Below, in pieces: positions 1 through 10,942 of a stretch of DNA of 64,000 bases. Location: assembly GCA_963745235.1 (NCBI GenBank), contig CAVUXE010000059.1, forward strand, positions 10,966 through 74,965, given 5' to 3'. The stretch's first letter is position 1, and each line of letters opens with the position of its first letter. The notes under the pieces are model-generated. The model was not told the DNA's origin, searched no databases, and saw only the letters and a list, made by a program, of their open reading frames with translations. Both the position numbers and the translations under genes were made by a program. The DNA comes from an uncultured Spirochaetota bacterium (GTDB lineage Bacteria > Spirochaetota > Spirochaetia > SZUA-6 > Fen-1364).

Positions 1-544
1 ACGGCAGGGAGCTCACCTTCACTCGTGTCCGCTCTGCAAGCAGCGCGGAAAGCTCGTCTCCGCGGTCCTTTCCGCGGTTGACCACCGTGATTCGGGCAAC
101 ACCGGCCAGGGCGAGCTCCACCCCGATTGCGCGCGCGGCGCCGCCGGCGCCGAAGAGCAGGACGTTCTTTTCCCGGGGGTCGATGATTTCCCTGAGCGAC
201 TTCAGAAAGCCCTTGCCGTCCGTGTTCTCTCCGACGAACCTGCTGCCCCGCCGCACGACGCAGTTGACCGCCCCCATCAGCCGCGCTGACTCGGCTATCT
301 CATCCAGGAGCGGGATGACGGCGACCTTGTGCGGGATTGTGCAGTTGAAGCCGGCAAAGCCGAGCGCCCGCGCGCCCCTGACGGCATCCGCGAGGTCCGC
401 CGGGTCCACCTCCAGGGTCAGGTAGCGCCACGCCAGCCCGTGGTGGCGGAATGCCGCCTCCACCATGACCTGCGTCGGGTTCTCCGCGACCGGCTTGCCG
501 AAGACGGCGGTGATCTCCTGCTTGAAGCTCAACGTTCTTTTCAT
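1..544 (-). CDS. aroE: Shikimate dehydrogenase (partial, runs off left edge)
   Basis: Manual translation from ATG at 544: MKRTLSFKQEITAVFGKPVAENPT...GFNCTIPHK...GAVNCVV...GENTDGKGF...LLFGAGGAARAI...VVNR. Absent from the ORF track because there is no stop in the window. Confidence 0.9.
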   Translation of the reverse strand, partial: MKRTLSFKQEITAVFGKPVAENPTQVMVEAAFRHHGLAWRYLTLEVDPADLADAVRGARALGFAGFNCTIPHKVAVIPLLDEIAESARLMGAVNCVVRRGSRFVGENTDGKGFLKSLREIIDPREKNVLLFGAGGAARAIGVELALAGVARITVVNRGKDRGDELSALLAERTRVKVSSLP

Positions 545-558
545 GGGTATCTGTTTTT

Positions 559-2648
559 CTACCTCCCCTCGGCGACCCGCAGGGGAACAAGGTAAGCGCC
601 CGGGTCCGGGACGGGCTTCCCGTCCTGCAGGACGCTCACGCGCTCCTGGGAGCCCGCGGAAGCGGCGAACTTTCCGTCCGGGCAGGATGAGGGCCCAGCC
701 GCCGTCGGTGAACAACGAAAGCTCCGCCATGCTCTCCCCGTGCTCCGCGTCGATCAGGCTCACCGAGGAATCGCGATTGAGCGAATACAGGATCCCGGCG
801 CCGCAGAAGAGCCCGACGGTTCCGCGCGCGGAGGCGGGGAGCGCCTTCAGCATTCCCTGCTTCCACCGGGATATTGTCTCCCGCCCAAGGCTCGAGTAAA
901 GGGCTCCCGAATCGCGGTCAAAACAGAGGCTTGCTGACAGATGCTCCCCGGGGGAGCTTTCGATGACAGACTGGCTCTGGTAGTCCGTGCCCGAGTTCGC
1001 CACCAGGTTCGTGGTCCCGTCGGCATCGACTCCCAGGGAGAACAACGTGCCCGTCCGCGCATCGTACGTGACGTCATAGGTGTAGCGGTTTGCGGTCGAA
1101 ATGGGGTCTGTCTCCCCGGTGTCGATCGAGATCCTTACAAGAGATCCAGGATCCGCATCCCCCGGCAGACCTCCCACCACGACCGAGTTGCCCGCGGCCA
1201 GTGTCGCCCCCATGGCCCCGGGCCGAAGGGCCTGCGCTCGCGTGGCGCCCCCGGGGATATCGATGATCCTCAGGGTCCCGTCCTTCGAAAGCAACAGGCA
1301 TTTCCGGCCGTCAGAAGCTGCCTGGATGACAGGACCAGCCAGCGCCCCGCCGGAGGCCAGGGCACGGAAGGTCCCCGTTTGCAGGTCGAGAATCGAACAG
1401 TTCCCTGGACCGTCCCCGGTCTGCCATACGAGCATCGACCCGTCATCGAGGAAGGTCAGGTCAACGGGCGCCTTGAACGGGTTGTCCATGCGCAGGGACC
1501 CGATTGAGTCCGCGCCGCCGGCCCCCTGGCGGGCAGCGTCGGGAAGTCCCGTTGTGAACACCTGTATCCACGAGCTGGTTGCAAGCGCCACCGCGCTGCC
1601 TCTCACGGCCATGCCCGTAATGAGGGCCCGCTCGTCCCCGGGGAAGCTCAGTGAGGTCCCCTCCCTCGCAAGGGAAGCAATCTCTCCGCTGCTCGAGCCC
1701 AGGATGAGAGCCCCCGGGACATAGTGGAGAACCGAGGGCTGCTGCAAAGCAGCCTGGAGATCATCTCTTTGCGTGAGTGAGCCTTGTCCCATGTCCCAGC
1801 GGGAAAGGACTCCATCCTGCCCCAAGCATGCCACTTCGTTCCCGGAAAGGGGATATGTCCATGGAGGTCACGCCGGGGACCGGGACGCGGGCCCGCACTT
1901 TGCCGCTTGTCACGTCGATGAGGCACAGCTCGCTGTCCGTGCTCCCGACAAGGGAGCTCAGGTCTGGAGAAAGCCTGATGTGGGCAAGGAGCGGGACGCT
2001 CTGCAGGCTTTCAAGCAGCTTCCCGGACGCCAGGTCCCAGTACGAGATGAGGCCGGTCATGCGGTATGTCATCAGGATCTTTTCGCTTTTCGAGAAAGTC
2101 GCAAAGCCGACCATCCCGCCTTCCGTGTGAAACGCCACCGGGGTGCCATCCGATGCGTTGACAATGCGCAGGCTTTCCCAGCGGGGGAGGCCGTACAGCA
2201 GGTATCTCCCGGATGCGGAGTACCGAAGAAAGAGGGGCTGATCGTCAAGCGGGATCCTGAAGAGGCGCTCTCCCTTCTGCCAGTCCCACACATCAACGGA
2301 GAAGCTCTGAAATGAATCGGTGGACAGGACGGCGAACCGGGTCCCTTCCGGGCTCACCGCTATCATTGCCGCCTGAAGGCCTGTTACCGTGAGGCTCTTC
2401 ACCAGGGACCGCGTGGCCGCGTCCCAGATCTTCACCGTGCCATCTGAACCGCCGGTGAAAAGGAGGCCTCGTGCCTCGTCGCTGGCAATCGCGAGGACGG
2501 CGCCCCGGTGGCCCGAGATCACAACGGCCCGGGTCGACGGGTGATCCGCGACGCCGCCTGACCAGCCGGCCCAGCCGGGGAAAAGAGCAAGCCACAGGAC
2601 GGCAGCCGGCAGCAGCAACGCTCGCACCCGAGGGATCGACTTCTTCAT
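559..2648 (-). CDS. Secreted WD40/beta-propeller repeat protein (two apparent frameshifts, ~1846 and ~680)
   Basis: Signal peptide, then GH...LFTGGSDGTVKIWD WD40 repeats in ORF 1761..2648. Propeller-like sequence continues in another frame (LLLSKDGTLRIID, LYSLNRDSSVSLID) to TAG at 559-561. Confidence 0.7.
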
Positions 2649-3034
2649 CGGAACAGCTTGAAAAACCTCGCCAGCGCGGACTCCCGGTGGCCGTCCTTCT
2701 CTACTGCCGGGACGCCGTCCGCGGCGCCGGGCGCAGGCACCTGATCAGCCTGCTCCGTCCTTCCCTCCGCGGCCGCCACCTTGCGTTCGCGCTCCTCCAC
2801 CTCCCGGTGCCTTTTTGCCAGGCGCTCACGGGAGCTGCGATGCATGTACTGCCCGACGTAGAGGAAGAGGGAGTAGACGACGCCGAGGGCAAAACTGAGC
2901 ATTGCAACGGCCACCACGGGGATCTTCTCGAACCGGGCGCCGAACAGGTTGATGGGCGTGGTGGGGCCGAGGTTCATGACAATCAGGACACAGAGGAGAA
3001 CGAGCAGGACCACGCTGAAAATGACTCGTCCCAT
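2645..3034 (-). CDS. LapA-like small membrane protein
   Basis: Two TM helices flanking N...INLFG, followed by a charged coiled tail. Confidence 0.6.
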   Translation of the reverse strand: MGRVIFSVVLLVLLCVLIVMNLGPTTPINLFGARFEKIPVVAVAMLSFALGVVYSLFLYVGQYMHRSSRERLAKRHREVEERERKVAAAEGRTEQADQVPAPGAADGVPAVEKDGHRESALARFFKLFR

Positions 3035-3041
3035 ATTCGGC

Positions 3042-5603
3042 CTACCGTCGCGCCGCGAGAAATGCCTTGAGCTTGCGGTCCTCCAGGATGGTGTGGGTCA
3101 GCACCCAGTCCTTCAGGAAATCACGCACGTTCTCGTGGTTGGTTTCCTCCAGGAGCCCCTTCTGGTCATCCAGCCGCTTGATCTGCGCGAGCATTTTCTC
3201 ATGCTCCGCCCGGTGATGGTTCAGCTCCGGGAAACCCCGCCTCTTCATGAGGTTTTCCTGCGCCGCGAAGAGCCTGCTGCCTTCCTTCTCCACCTCGCTT
3301 TGAAGCTCCCGGCACGTCCCCGGCTTTCCTGGCTTCTCAAGGCAGTCCGCCAGGTCCCGCACCACCGCGAACAGTCGCTTCTGCCGGTCATCGGTCCTGG
3401 CTCCAATGGAATAGTCCTCGGTCCATTCGAGCTTTGCATGCGTCCGAAACCAGAAGAGGCGTTTGCGGAAGGTCTCCATGAGCTTCCACTGCACGATCGG
3501 GATATCTTTCAGGACCTCTCCTGCGATCAGGAAGTAGGAGCTTTCCCGTTCGGCCCTCGCATCGAAGATGCTCGGCGCTCGTTCCAGGACCGTCACCTCT
3601 CCCCAGAAATCCCCGGGCCGCAGGGACTCGAAGTCCTCTCCGCGAGTTGAAAGCGAGATTCTTCCTCTCTCCAGTATGGCAAGAGATTCTCCCGTGACAG
3701 GGACGGGGTCCCCCGCGCCCGCCGTCTTCCTGCTCATGGCCTGCGCGATCCTGTTAGCCACGGTGAACGACACCATCTCTCCGAAGAGCCACGTGGACTG
3801 GAGGAAGTGGCGGTTCTCACGGACCCGCAGGATGGAGTCCCGCAGGCCGTTGCGTTCCACGAAGTCCGCGTACAGGTCTCGGGGGATGCGCAGCGCGGTC
3901 ACGAAGCTGCGTGCCCGGTAGGTTCGCCGCGCGGCGTCTCCGGTGAGGGCTGTCATCTCCCCGATGAGGGCCCCGCTGGTCAGCATGAAGGAGGTGGTGC
4001 CGTCCGATGCGACTGAGTCCGCGACCCCGTCAAGGATCACGTACAGGGCATCGATCTGCGAGCCAGACCTGACCATTGTCGTCCCGGCCCGGAAAGGAAC
4101 GGCAGGGCTGCCGGCCAGGATGGCCACCTCCTCCCGCGGCACGGCGGGGAAACACGCGGCAAGGAAGCGCGTGGCCGCGGCAAGCGTATGCAGGGCCTCG
4201 GAGGCAGGGATGAGCACATCCTGCGATCCGAAGGGGGCGCTCATGCCGATTTCTCTTTCCCTGCCCGAGAGGGGTCCCGTCTTGTGACTGAGGTACTTGA
4301 TGCGTGAAGAATCTCCCCGAAAATCCTCCGCGTTTCCGTGGATCAGGCCGCCTCCCGCGTCGATCTTCTTCACGTCCACGGGTGAGAGCAGCGCGGAGGT
4401 GTAGGACTCATAATGAGCGGGGGAAAGGGGCATGCCTCTGAGGTTCCCGAAATCGATGATGTCCGCCAGGTGCGCATACGTCTTGTGCTCCCCCTGCCAC
4501 GGCGCGCGGAAGAAGAGCACCGTTGTCTCCACCGGATGCGGCGAGTACACCGGTTTGACCTCCAGCCCGTCGATGCTGTTCCACTGGCCGGGAGCAAGGT
4601 CGTTGATCTCGAAGTAGGTGCCAAACTCCCCGGGTCGGATGCCCATGATGGCCGCAAGCTTCTTTTCCGCGCTGGCGCGGACGTACGGGGTGGCATAGTA
4701 TTTCAAGCGGCGGTCCATGTGGATGAGGGAGGTGAACCCCGCGAAGTGATCGTCATGGACGTGGGTCTGGAAAATCCCTTCCAGGTCGTTCACGTTGACT
4801 CCGAGGGCCACGAGTGATGCGCGGATGTTCGGCCCCGCGTCAATGAGGTAGAGCTTGCCCTTGAAGCAGATGATGCTCCCCATGCAGGGCTTGTCGATGT
4901 TCCAGCCATCCCCCTCTCCCACGTGGATCACCGAAAAATACTCACGGCTGATGCGGGCGGGGCTCAAGGAGTAGGTCGGGCCGTACTCCTGGTCGGGCCC
5001 CAGGTTCAGGTCAACGTCCACCGACTCTCCGCGGTGGCGTATCTGGAACCTGTTGATCCCACGCCGTCGGACGGTGACACCCGGAACAATCTCCGCTGCC
5101 TGCTTGCCGATCACCCGCATGTCCAGGAGCTCCTCGGTGCGCAGGATCCTGTCGAATGCGAAGCGCAGCTTGATTCGCATCATCTCCTGCGCCTCCGCCT
5201 CTCCAACCCCCGCCTCCCGCAGCTCCTCCAGGGAGGCCAGCCCATAGTTGCCTCGGAAGATGTATTCACTCTGTGACCGCACCTGGTCTTCCGCTCCCAT
5301 CAGAAGAGGCTTGCGTCCAGTGTTGTTGGGGTGGCCCGGGAGAAGCATTCCCTGGCGGTAGAGCATCTGCAGGACGGGGAACTCAGCCAGGTTGGCGATG
5401 CTTCCTCGCTGGAGCGGCGTATCGGACAGAAGAATGGCGTTCGGCCCTGTCTCAAAGGAAACACCACCGTTCTTGACGGGGGAAATGAGACCCCGCTTCA
5501 TGAGGTGCTTCACACTGTCCGCCGGGCAGCCGCACTGGATTCGAAGGTCCGCCTCGGGAATCGAGACCCAGAGGAGGCCGTTTGCGACTTCTCTTTTTTC
5601 CAT
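3042..5603 (-). CDS. MBL-fold metallohydrolase + two cNMP-binding domains + C-terminal hemerythrin-like domain
   Basis: THVHDDH (HxHxDH) motif; cNMP-like segments LYVILDG...GALIGE and GDFWGE; C-terminal LEWTEDYSIG...HHRAEH...WVLTHTILED. Confidence 0.85.
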   Translation of the reverse strand: MEKREVANGLLWVSIPEADLRIQCGCPADSVKHLMKRGLISPVKNGGVSFETGPNAILLSDTPLQRGSIANLAEFPVLQMLYRQGMLLPGHPNNTGRKPLLMGAEDQVRSQSEYIFRGNYGLASLEELREAGVGEAEAQEMMRIKLRFAFDRILRTEELLDMRVIGKQAAEIVPGVTVRRRGINRFQIRHRGESVDVDLNLGPDQEYGPTYSLSPARISREYFSVIHVGEGDGWNIDKPCMGSIICFKGKLYLIDAGPNIRASLVALGVNVNDLEGIFQTHVHDDHFAGFTSLIHMDRRLKYYATPYVRASAEKKLAAIMGIRPGEFGTYFEINDLAPGQWNSIDGLEVKPVYSPHPVETTVLFFRAPWQGEHKTYAHLADIIDFGNLRGMPLSPAHYESYTSALLSPVDVKKIDAGGGLIHGNAEDFRGDSSRIKYLSHKTGPLSGREREIGMSAPFGSQDVLIPASEALHTLAAATRFLAACFPAVPREEVAILAGSPAVPFRAGTTMVRSGSQIDALYVILDGVADSVASDGTTSFMLTSGALIGEMTALTGDAARRTYRARSFVTALRIPRDLYADFVERNGLRDSILRVRENRHFLQSTWLFGEMVSFTVANRIAQAMSRKTAGAGDPVPVTGESLAILERGRISLSTRGEDFESLRPGDFWGEVTVLERAPSIFDARAERESSYFLIAGEVLKDIPIVQWKLMETFRKRLFWFRTHAKLEWTEDYSIGARTDDRQKRLFAVVRDLADCLEKPGKPGTCRELQSEVEKEGSRLFAAQENLMKRRGFPELNHHRAEHEKMLAQIKRLDDQKGLLEETNHENVRDFLKDWVLTHTILEDRKLKAFLAARR

Positions 5604-5654
5604 TCTGAATCAAATATACGTCCGGCAAGGGGCGCATGTCACATCTCTTGTTTT

Positions 5655-6887
5655 TCAATCCACGCGCGCGCTCAGGGCCCGGGGAATGCCGAGCCGGGCG
5701 GCCCGTCTCGTTGGGAGCAGCGCGCCCGTAAGGGCGCTCGCCAGGCTGACGGCGCTTGCAAGGAGGAAGTCGGACAACCGATAATCGCCGGTAAAGCGGT
5801 GGCCGAACGGTATGGGCATTTCCAGGGGGGTGCTCGAGAAGTCAACGCCGACCGCCCCCATGTACCACGCGAACAACCCGCCAAGGACGCAGCCAACGAC
5901 GGCCGCGGCGAGAGCGATTGAGGCCGCCTCCGCCAGAAAAAGCAGGGACAGTTGCGAGCGACGGATTCCGATGGCCCGCAACGTGCCAATTTCCCGCGTG
6001 CGCTCGTGAACTGCCATGGACATCGAGTTCACGATTCCGATGACCACAAGCAGGAAAATGACGACGAAAATGATCCAGAACCCCCCCGCGTCGGCGGAGG
6101 TGGCTGACACGATGACCGGGGCAAACCTTCGCCACGGGTACGCAGTGTCACCGGTTCCGCGCAGGAGGCCGCTCACGGAGGCAAGAGCGGAAGACTCCGA
6201 GACTCCGGCTTTCAGGCGGACCACAAGGCGCGTCGCCGCGCCCGGGATCCCAAGGAGCTGGCGGGCTGTGGCCAGGTCTACAAGGATGAGGTTCTCATCC
6301 AGAGACGTCAACCCGAAGCGGAAGATGCCGGAAACAGGAAGCTCCACGAAGTTTTCGACGGAGTAGCGGTCTATCGCGGAAAGGGCTACAAGCTGGCCGA
6401 CCTTCACGCCAAGCTTCCTCGCGAGGGGCTCGCCAATGAGGAGGCCTTGCCCCCCTGACGGGATCCAGGCGCCCTGACGGACGAACAGGGGCGTGGTCGT
6501 CACCCGCGCCTCGGCCGCGGGATCCACGGCCCTGCCCAGGACGCGGACCGAGCCCGCCGCCGATCCAACCGTCGCGCTGAAGTCGACTCGGGGAGCGACC
6601 GCCATTACAAAAGGCTCCCCGGCAATCCTCTCTGCCACGGCCGCCGCATCCGGGATGGAAAGATCAAGGGGAAGTCGGCGTTCCTGATCCAGGTACCCGC
6701 GCCGGAGGACCTGGAGGTCGCCCGTTTCCAGCTTCTTCACCCCTTCGTAGATTGTCGTGGAGTAGCCGCGAATCCACCCCAGGCCGATGATCATGACGGC
6801 GACGCCAAGCCCGAGAGCGATGATGTTGAGCGCGCTGCGTCGGGGATTCCGCGTGATGTTTCGAAGCCCCATCGTGAACAGCCCCAT
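5655..6887 (-). CDS. ABC transporter permease, FtsX/LolC-E family
   Basis: RNITRNPRRS N-terminus, ERTREIGTLRAIG motif, 4 TM layout. Confidence 0.9.
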   Translation of the reverse strand: MGLFTMGLRNITRNPRRSALNIIALGLGVAVMIIGLGWIRGYSTTIYEGVKKLETGDLQVLRRGYLDQERRLPLDLSIPDAAAVAERIAGEPFVMAVAPRVDFSATVGSAAGSVRVLGRAVDPAAEARVTTTPLFVRQGAWIPSGGQGLLIGEPLARKLGVKVGQLVALSAIDRYSVENFVELPVSGIFRFGLTSLDENLILVDLATARQLLGIPGAATRLVVRLKAGVSESSALASVSGLLRGTGDTAYPWRRFAPVIVSATSADAGGFWIIFVVIFLLVVIGIVNSMSMAVHERTREIGTLRAIGIRRSQLSLLFLAEAASIALAAAVVGCVLGGLFAWYMGAVGVDFSSTPLEMPIPFGHRFTGDYRLSDFLLASAVSLASALTGALLPTRRAARLGIPRALSARVD

Positions 6888-6888
6888 C

Positions 6889-8130
6889 TCAGGCTCCCTG
6901 CTCGAGGGACTCGAGCAATCGCATGCGCACACTCACCGACGCTCCGTACAGGTAGCCCAACGCGGCTATGAGGATGCCGGCGGCGAAGACCGTCAGCGCG
7001 CTTTTGGTGGTCACGACGAAGTAATAGGCAGCGGAGGTGCCCAGCACCTGGGAGAAGGCTCCGATCTCGAGGCCATGCACCTGGAGGTACAGGGCCAGAG
7101 GCAGTCCGACGGCCATTCCGAGCAAACTGCCTGCGAGACCCAGCACGAGGCCCTCTTCCATGAGGATCCAGAAAAGCTGGCGCCGCTTCAGCCCGATGGC
7201 CCTGAGAGTCCCGAAGGTCGGGATGCGTTCGAATATGGTCATCAGGATGCTGCTTGTGATCACGGTGGCTGCAACCAGCGCAATGATCACGTCGATCACG
7301 GTCGCGTAGATGCTGCCGAGGTTGATGAGCGAGACCAGCCCGCTCTGGATGTCGCGCCAGCTCTGCAGAACGGGCTTCTCATGGGAAAAAAGCGCGGAGA
7401 GATCCCGCGCAACCGTGGCCGCCTCGTCCGGGTTCTTGAGCGTGAGACGGAGCTCCGAAGCGCTGTGAGAGATGTCCAGGAGCCCCTGCGCTTCGCCAAG
7501 GTCGATGAAGAAGGAGTCCTCATCCGTCTGCTCGACTCCCGTGGAGAAGATCCCTGTGACCCGGTAGCCCAGGTAGTAGGGGCTGCCGCTGGAGTCTTGC
7601 ACCAGCACGATGACCTGATCCCCGAGCCCCAATCCGAGCAGCCGCGCGATGTCGGACGAGATGGCGACGCCACGGCTCCCCGGCATCGCGCCCGCCGGAA
7701 GAAACGAGCCTGCGAGCATGTTCTTCCGCACGTTGGCAAAGAACCCGGTAGTCGGTTGGACGGCCTGGCCGACCATGGCAACGTTTCTGTCGCCGTTGAC
7801 CAGGAGAGCGCCGAACTGCAGCATCGGCTCTATCCCGGCGAGCCGTGGCGCCACGGTGAGGTCCCTTTCGATTCTGCGAATCATCCCTTGCGGGTCGCGC
7901 AGGAGATACGAGATCGAGTACGGATCCAGCCGATCCTGCCATCCCGCGGCATGGATCTGCAGGTGACCCGTCCCTTGAAGGAGGTTCTCGAAGAACGACA
8001 CGCGCAGTCCGCCCAGCATCCCCTCCACGAAGACCATGACCATGACGGACAGCGCAACGGAGGCCGCGATCACCGCGCTCCGGCGTGGGTGGCTGAGAAT
8101 ACTCAGGACGGCGAGCCGCAGGAAGAACAT
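6889..8130 (-). CDS. ABC transporter permease, FtsX/LolC-E family
   Basis: ERIPTFGTLRAIGLK motif, large periplasmic loop. Confidence 0.9.
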   Translation of the reverse strand: MFFLRLAVLSILSHPRRSAVIAASVALSVMVMVFVEGMLGGLRVSFFENLLQGTGHLQIHAAGWQDRLDPYSISYLLRDPQGMIRRIERDLTVAPRLAGIEPMLQFGALLVNGDRNVAMVGQAVQPTTGFFANVRKNMLAGSFLPAGAMPGSRGVAISSDIARLLGLGLGDQVIVLVQDSSGSPYYLGYRVTGIFSTGVEQTDEDSFFIDLGEAQGLLDISHSASELRLTLKNPDEAATVARDLSALFSHEKPVLQSWRDIQSGLVSLINLGSIYATVIDVIIALVAATVITSSILMTIFERIPTFGTLRAIGLKRRQLFWILMEEGLVLGLAGSLLGMAVGLPLALYLQVHGLEIGAFSQVLGTSAAYYFVVTTKSALTVFAAGILIAALGYLYGASVSVRMRLLESLEQGA

Positions 8131-8816
8131 CAGGAGGCCTCCGGGCCGTTTTCCAGCTGACCGTCTTTGAGCCTGATCAGCCTGCTGGCAAACCTGAGGA
8201 TTGCCGGATTGTGGGTGGAGAAGATGAAGGTCACCCCTTCATGCTCGTTCAGGCCCTTGATGACCTGGAGGACGTCATTTCCCGTTGCGCTGTCCAGGTT
8301 CGCAGTCGGTTCGTCTGCAATCACGATATCAGGATGGTTGACCAGCGCGCGGGCAATCGCGACTCTCTGGCGCTGGCCACCGGAGAGCTCGCCGGGCTTG
8401 TGCCTGCGAAAGCGCGCAAGGCCGACGGTCTCGATGAGCGCGTCTGCCGAGCGCCTTCGTCCGCCTGCCGCAACCCTTGCGAGCACCATCGGAAGCTCCA
8501 CGTTTTCGCGCACGGACAGCACGGGCACAAGGTTGAAGGTCTGGAAGATGAAGCCGATGCGGTGCAGCCTGATGTCCGCAAGCTCGGCATCGGAGAGGAC
8601 GCTCACGTCGCTTCCTCCGAAGAGGACCTTCCCGCGCGTCGGGCCGTCAATGCAGCCCATCATGTTCAGGAGCGTCGTCTTCCCGCAGCCCGAAGGGCCG
8701 ACAATTGAAAGAAGCTCTCCCGGCTCGACGGAAAGAGACACTCCCCGGATTGCGTTGATGATGGTGTCGCCAAGCCTGTAGTCCTTTGCGGCATTCTGAA
8801 GCTCAATGAGCGGCAT
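8130..8816 (-). CDS. ABC transporter ATP-binding protein (LolD/MacB type)
   Basis: GPSGCGKT, LSGGQRQRVAIARAL, ADEPTANLD. Confidence 0.95.
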   Translation of the reverse strand: MPLIELQNAAKDYRLGDTIINAIRGVSLSVEPGELLSIVGPSGCGKTTLLNMMGCIDGPTRGKVLFGGSDVSVLSDAELADIRLHRIGFIFQTFNLVPVLSVRENVELPMVLARVAAGGRRRSADALIETVGLARFRRHKPGELSGGQRQRVAIARALVNHPDIVIADEPTANLDSATGNDVLQVIKGLNEHEGVTFIFSTHNPAILRFASRLIRLKDGQLENGPEAS

Positions 8817-8824
8817 CGCACCTC

Positions 8825-10170
8825 CTAGAAGTGAACAACCACGCCGGCGCTGGCGGCGAGCCGCAGGGGCGAGCTGCCGAACTCAGTGCCGCTGTCCTGC
8901 CCCCACGCGGTGATGGCGCGGGCAAACACGTCTATTCCCTCCAGGCTTGTCCAGCGAAGCTCTGCCTGGAGCGCCAGGCTCAGGTCCTGGAGGTTGATGA
9001 GGAACGCGGCGTCTGCAGAGAAAAGCCTGCTCAGCGAACCGTTGACCGAGATTGCCCCGTAGTGCTGGCCGAGGGAAGGGATCACCTCCCCGCTTTCAAA
9101 CCAGGCGCTTTGCGCCACGGATCCCAGGAGCGTCCCTGACAGAGACCCGGGGCCCGGTGCAGCGGACAAGGCGGAAAGGAGATTACCGAGGAATTGGGCC
9201 GCCTGCGACGGATCGTATCCCGTGCTGTCATAGAGGTACTCGACGGTCGCTGTCACAGAGGCTGTATCCGTTGCGGCTGTCCGCTGCAGCCCGAATGTAG
9301 CGATTGGGAATGCCCTGCCGAAGCCGGGGCTTGCATACGTTCCCCCGGTTGCGGGTAGAGGTCACTGTTGAGCAGCTCCACGGCGAGCGCTCCGTCCACG
9401 ATGAACCCCAGGACATCGAGGGAAAAGTCGACCGTGGGCCGCAGCACTCTTTGCCATTGCCATGTGACCCCGGCGTGCAGGTCCAGGTCTCCCACGAAGT
9501 CTTCGACGTACACGGCGTACCGCAGTCCCAGCCAGGGAATGGCCGTCGAGGGCAGGTAGGGAGCGAGGAAGGGAAGCGACGTGGCGATGCTGGCTGCAGT
9601 GGGCCAGGCAAGGCCGGGAAGCTGCGCAAGGCCGGCAAACGCCGTGTCAAAGCGGACACTCGCTGTGATGCTCAGCGAGGCCGAGGGAGAAAGGGAGGTC
9701 GTGATGCCATAGAAGCCTTCTGAGCGGTTCTGGGGGTTTACCGGCGGATTGATCCTGTCTCCGGGAAAGAAAGCGTACCCGGTTCCCCAGGAAATCCTCT
9801 GCTTGCCCAGAACCAGGGTCAGCGCCGGGATGGGGGTGACCGATACGTACGCCTGAAGGAGATCGTTCTGCGCTGAGCCTCCGTCGGACCCCTGCCACCA
9901 GAGAACTGAATCTGCCACAGAGAGCTGCCCGCGGTCGAAGGTAAGCCGCTCGTTCAGGTCCAATTCCGCCTGGCCGGTCATCAGCTCGGAATCAGCGCCC
10001 AGCCCGATGGCCCCGGCGAGCGCAGGGTCCCGCGCGGAAAGGAAATCCTGGCCGAATATCTGCAGGTCTCCGAAAAGCATCTGGTTCTGTGCAGCCGCAG
10101 GAGGCAGGGCGAGCACCGTCATCAGGATTGCCGCGCCAGCGCCGACCACTGTTGCAACGGAGCGCTCCAT
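8825..10170 (-). CDS. Putative outer-membrane beta-barrel protein (frameshift ~9342)
   Basis: Signal peptide, LGKQRISWGTG motif, amphipathic strands, C-terminal Phe (GVVVHF). ORFs 9253..10170 and 8825..9256 join by one base in a G run. Confidence 0.65.
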
Positions 10171-10174
10171 TCCG

Positions 10175-10942
10175 CTACCGCGTGAGCGCCGCGAGGTTGA
10201 ACAGGGAGTCCGGCAGCTCTGGCCTGTCCTGGAGGTTTTCTACGGTCAGGATGGACTCCCGGTCGGGCTGATCGAAAGATACCATGCGTATGACGGTTGG
10301 GCGCTCACGACCGGCCATTTCGCGGATTCCCGTGAACAGCACGCGCTTGAAGAGGAGGCCCGACTTTGCGTAGTACTCTCCCTTCAGCAGCATGTCATCG
10401 CTTGATCGAACCCAGAGGTCCACTTTCGAGTAGGCGACAGTCTCGTTCCGCGCCGTTCCCTCGAGCACGATTGCGGCCACTTCGCCGAGTGCCGGATGAT
10501 CGAGAGTCTCCGTCCCCCGCAGGCTCATCGTGTACTCGGTCGAATACTGCGGGTCTCCGATATCGCGATTGGAGAAGACGCTTCCCTGGAAGGCCGCTTT
10601 TGGGGAGAGCCTGATTGCCTGGCTGGTGCCCGCCTGCGGATTGAACAGCCAAAGGGCGTCCTCTTTCTGCAGGAAACGGATCCCGCGGGACCGGGGAGGC
10701 TCCAGCAGCTCGATGCGTGAGCCGACGTTCCTCTTGAAGGTCACCACCATCTCCATGCTGAGGGACTGCCTGCCTGATTCCAGGGTCTGGAGGCTTGCCC
10801 GCATGACGAAGGCGTCCGGAAAAACGGATCGCTCGGCCCGACGGATGATCTCATCAGGCAAAAGGGCCTGGGCAGTGAGGAATCGGGGGACAGCGAACCA
10901 CGCTGTGACCAGGAGAAGGGCAGGGGCGGTGATTCTTCTCAT
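10175..10942 (-). CDS. Outer-membrane lipoprotein-sorting protein (LolA-like)
   Basis: Signal peptide, FQGSVFSNRD, YSKVDLWV, C-terminal LPDSLFN; sits next to a LolCDE-like ABC transporter. Confidence 0.8.
   Translation of the reverse strand: MRRITAPALLLVTAWFAVPRFLTAQALLPDEIIRRAERSVFPDAFVMRASLQTLESGRQSLSMEMVVTFKRNVGSRIELLEPPRSRGIRFLQKEDALWLFNPQAGTSQAIRLSPKAAFQGSVFSNRDIGDPQYSTEYTMSLRGTETLDHPALGEVAAIVLEGTARNETVAYSKVDLWVRSSDDMLLKGEYYAKSGLLFKRVLFTGIREMAGRERPTVIRMVSFDQPDRESILTVENLQDRPELPDSLFNLAALTR

Noticed and set aside
1-1846. Apparent WD40-AroE fusion in one open frame
   Set aside because: Removing one base at ~680 gives a natural WD40 C-terminus with a stop at 559, and aroE has its own ATG at 544. 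Likely an indel artefact.
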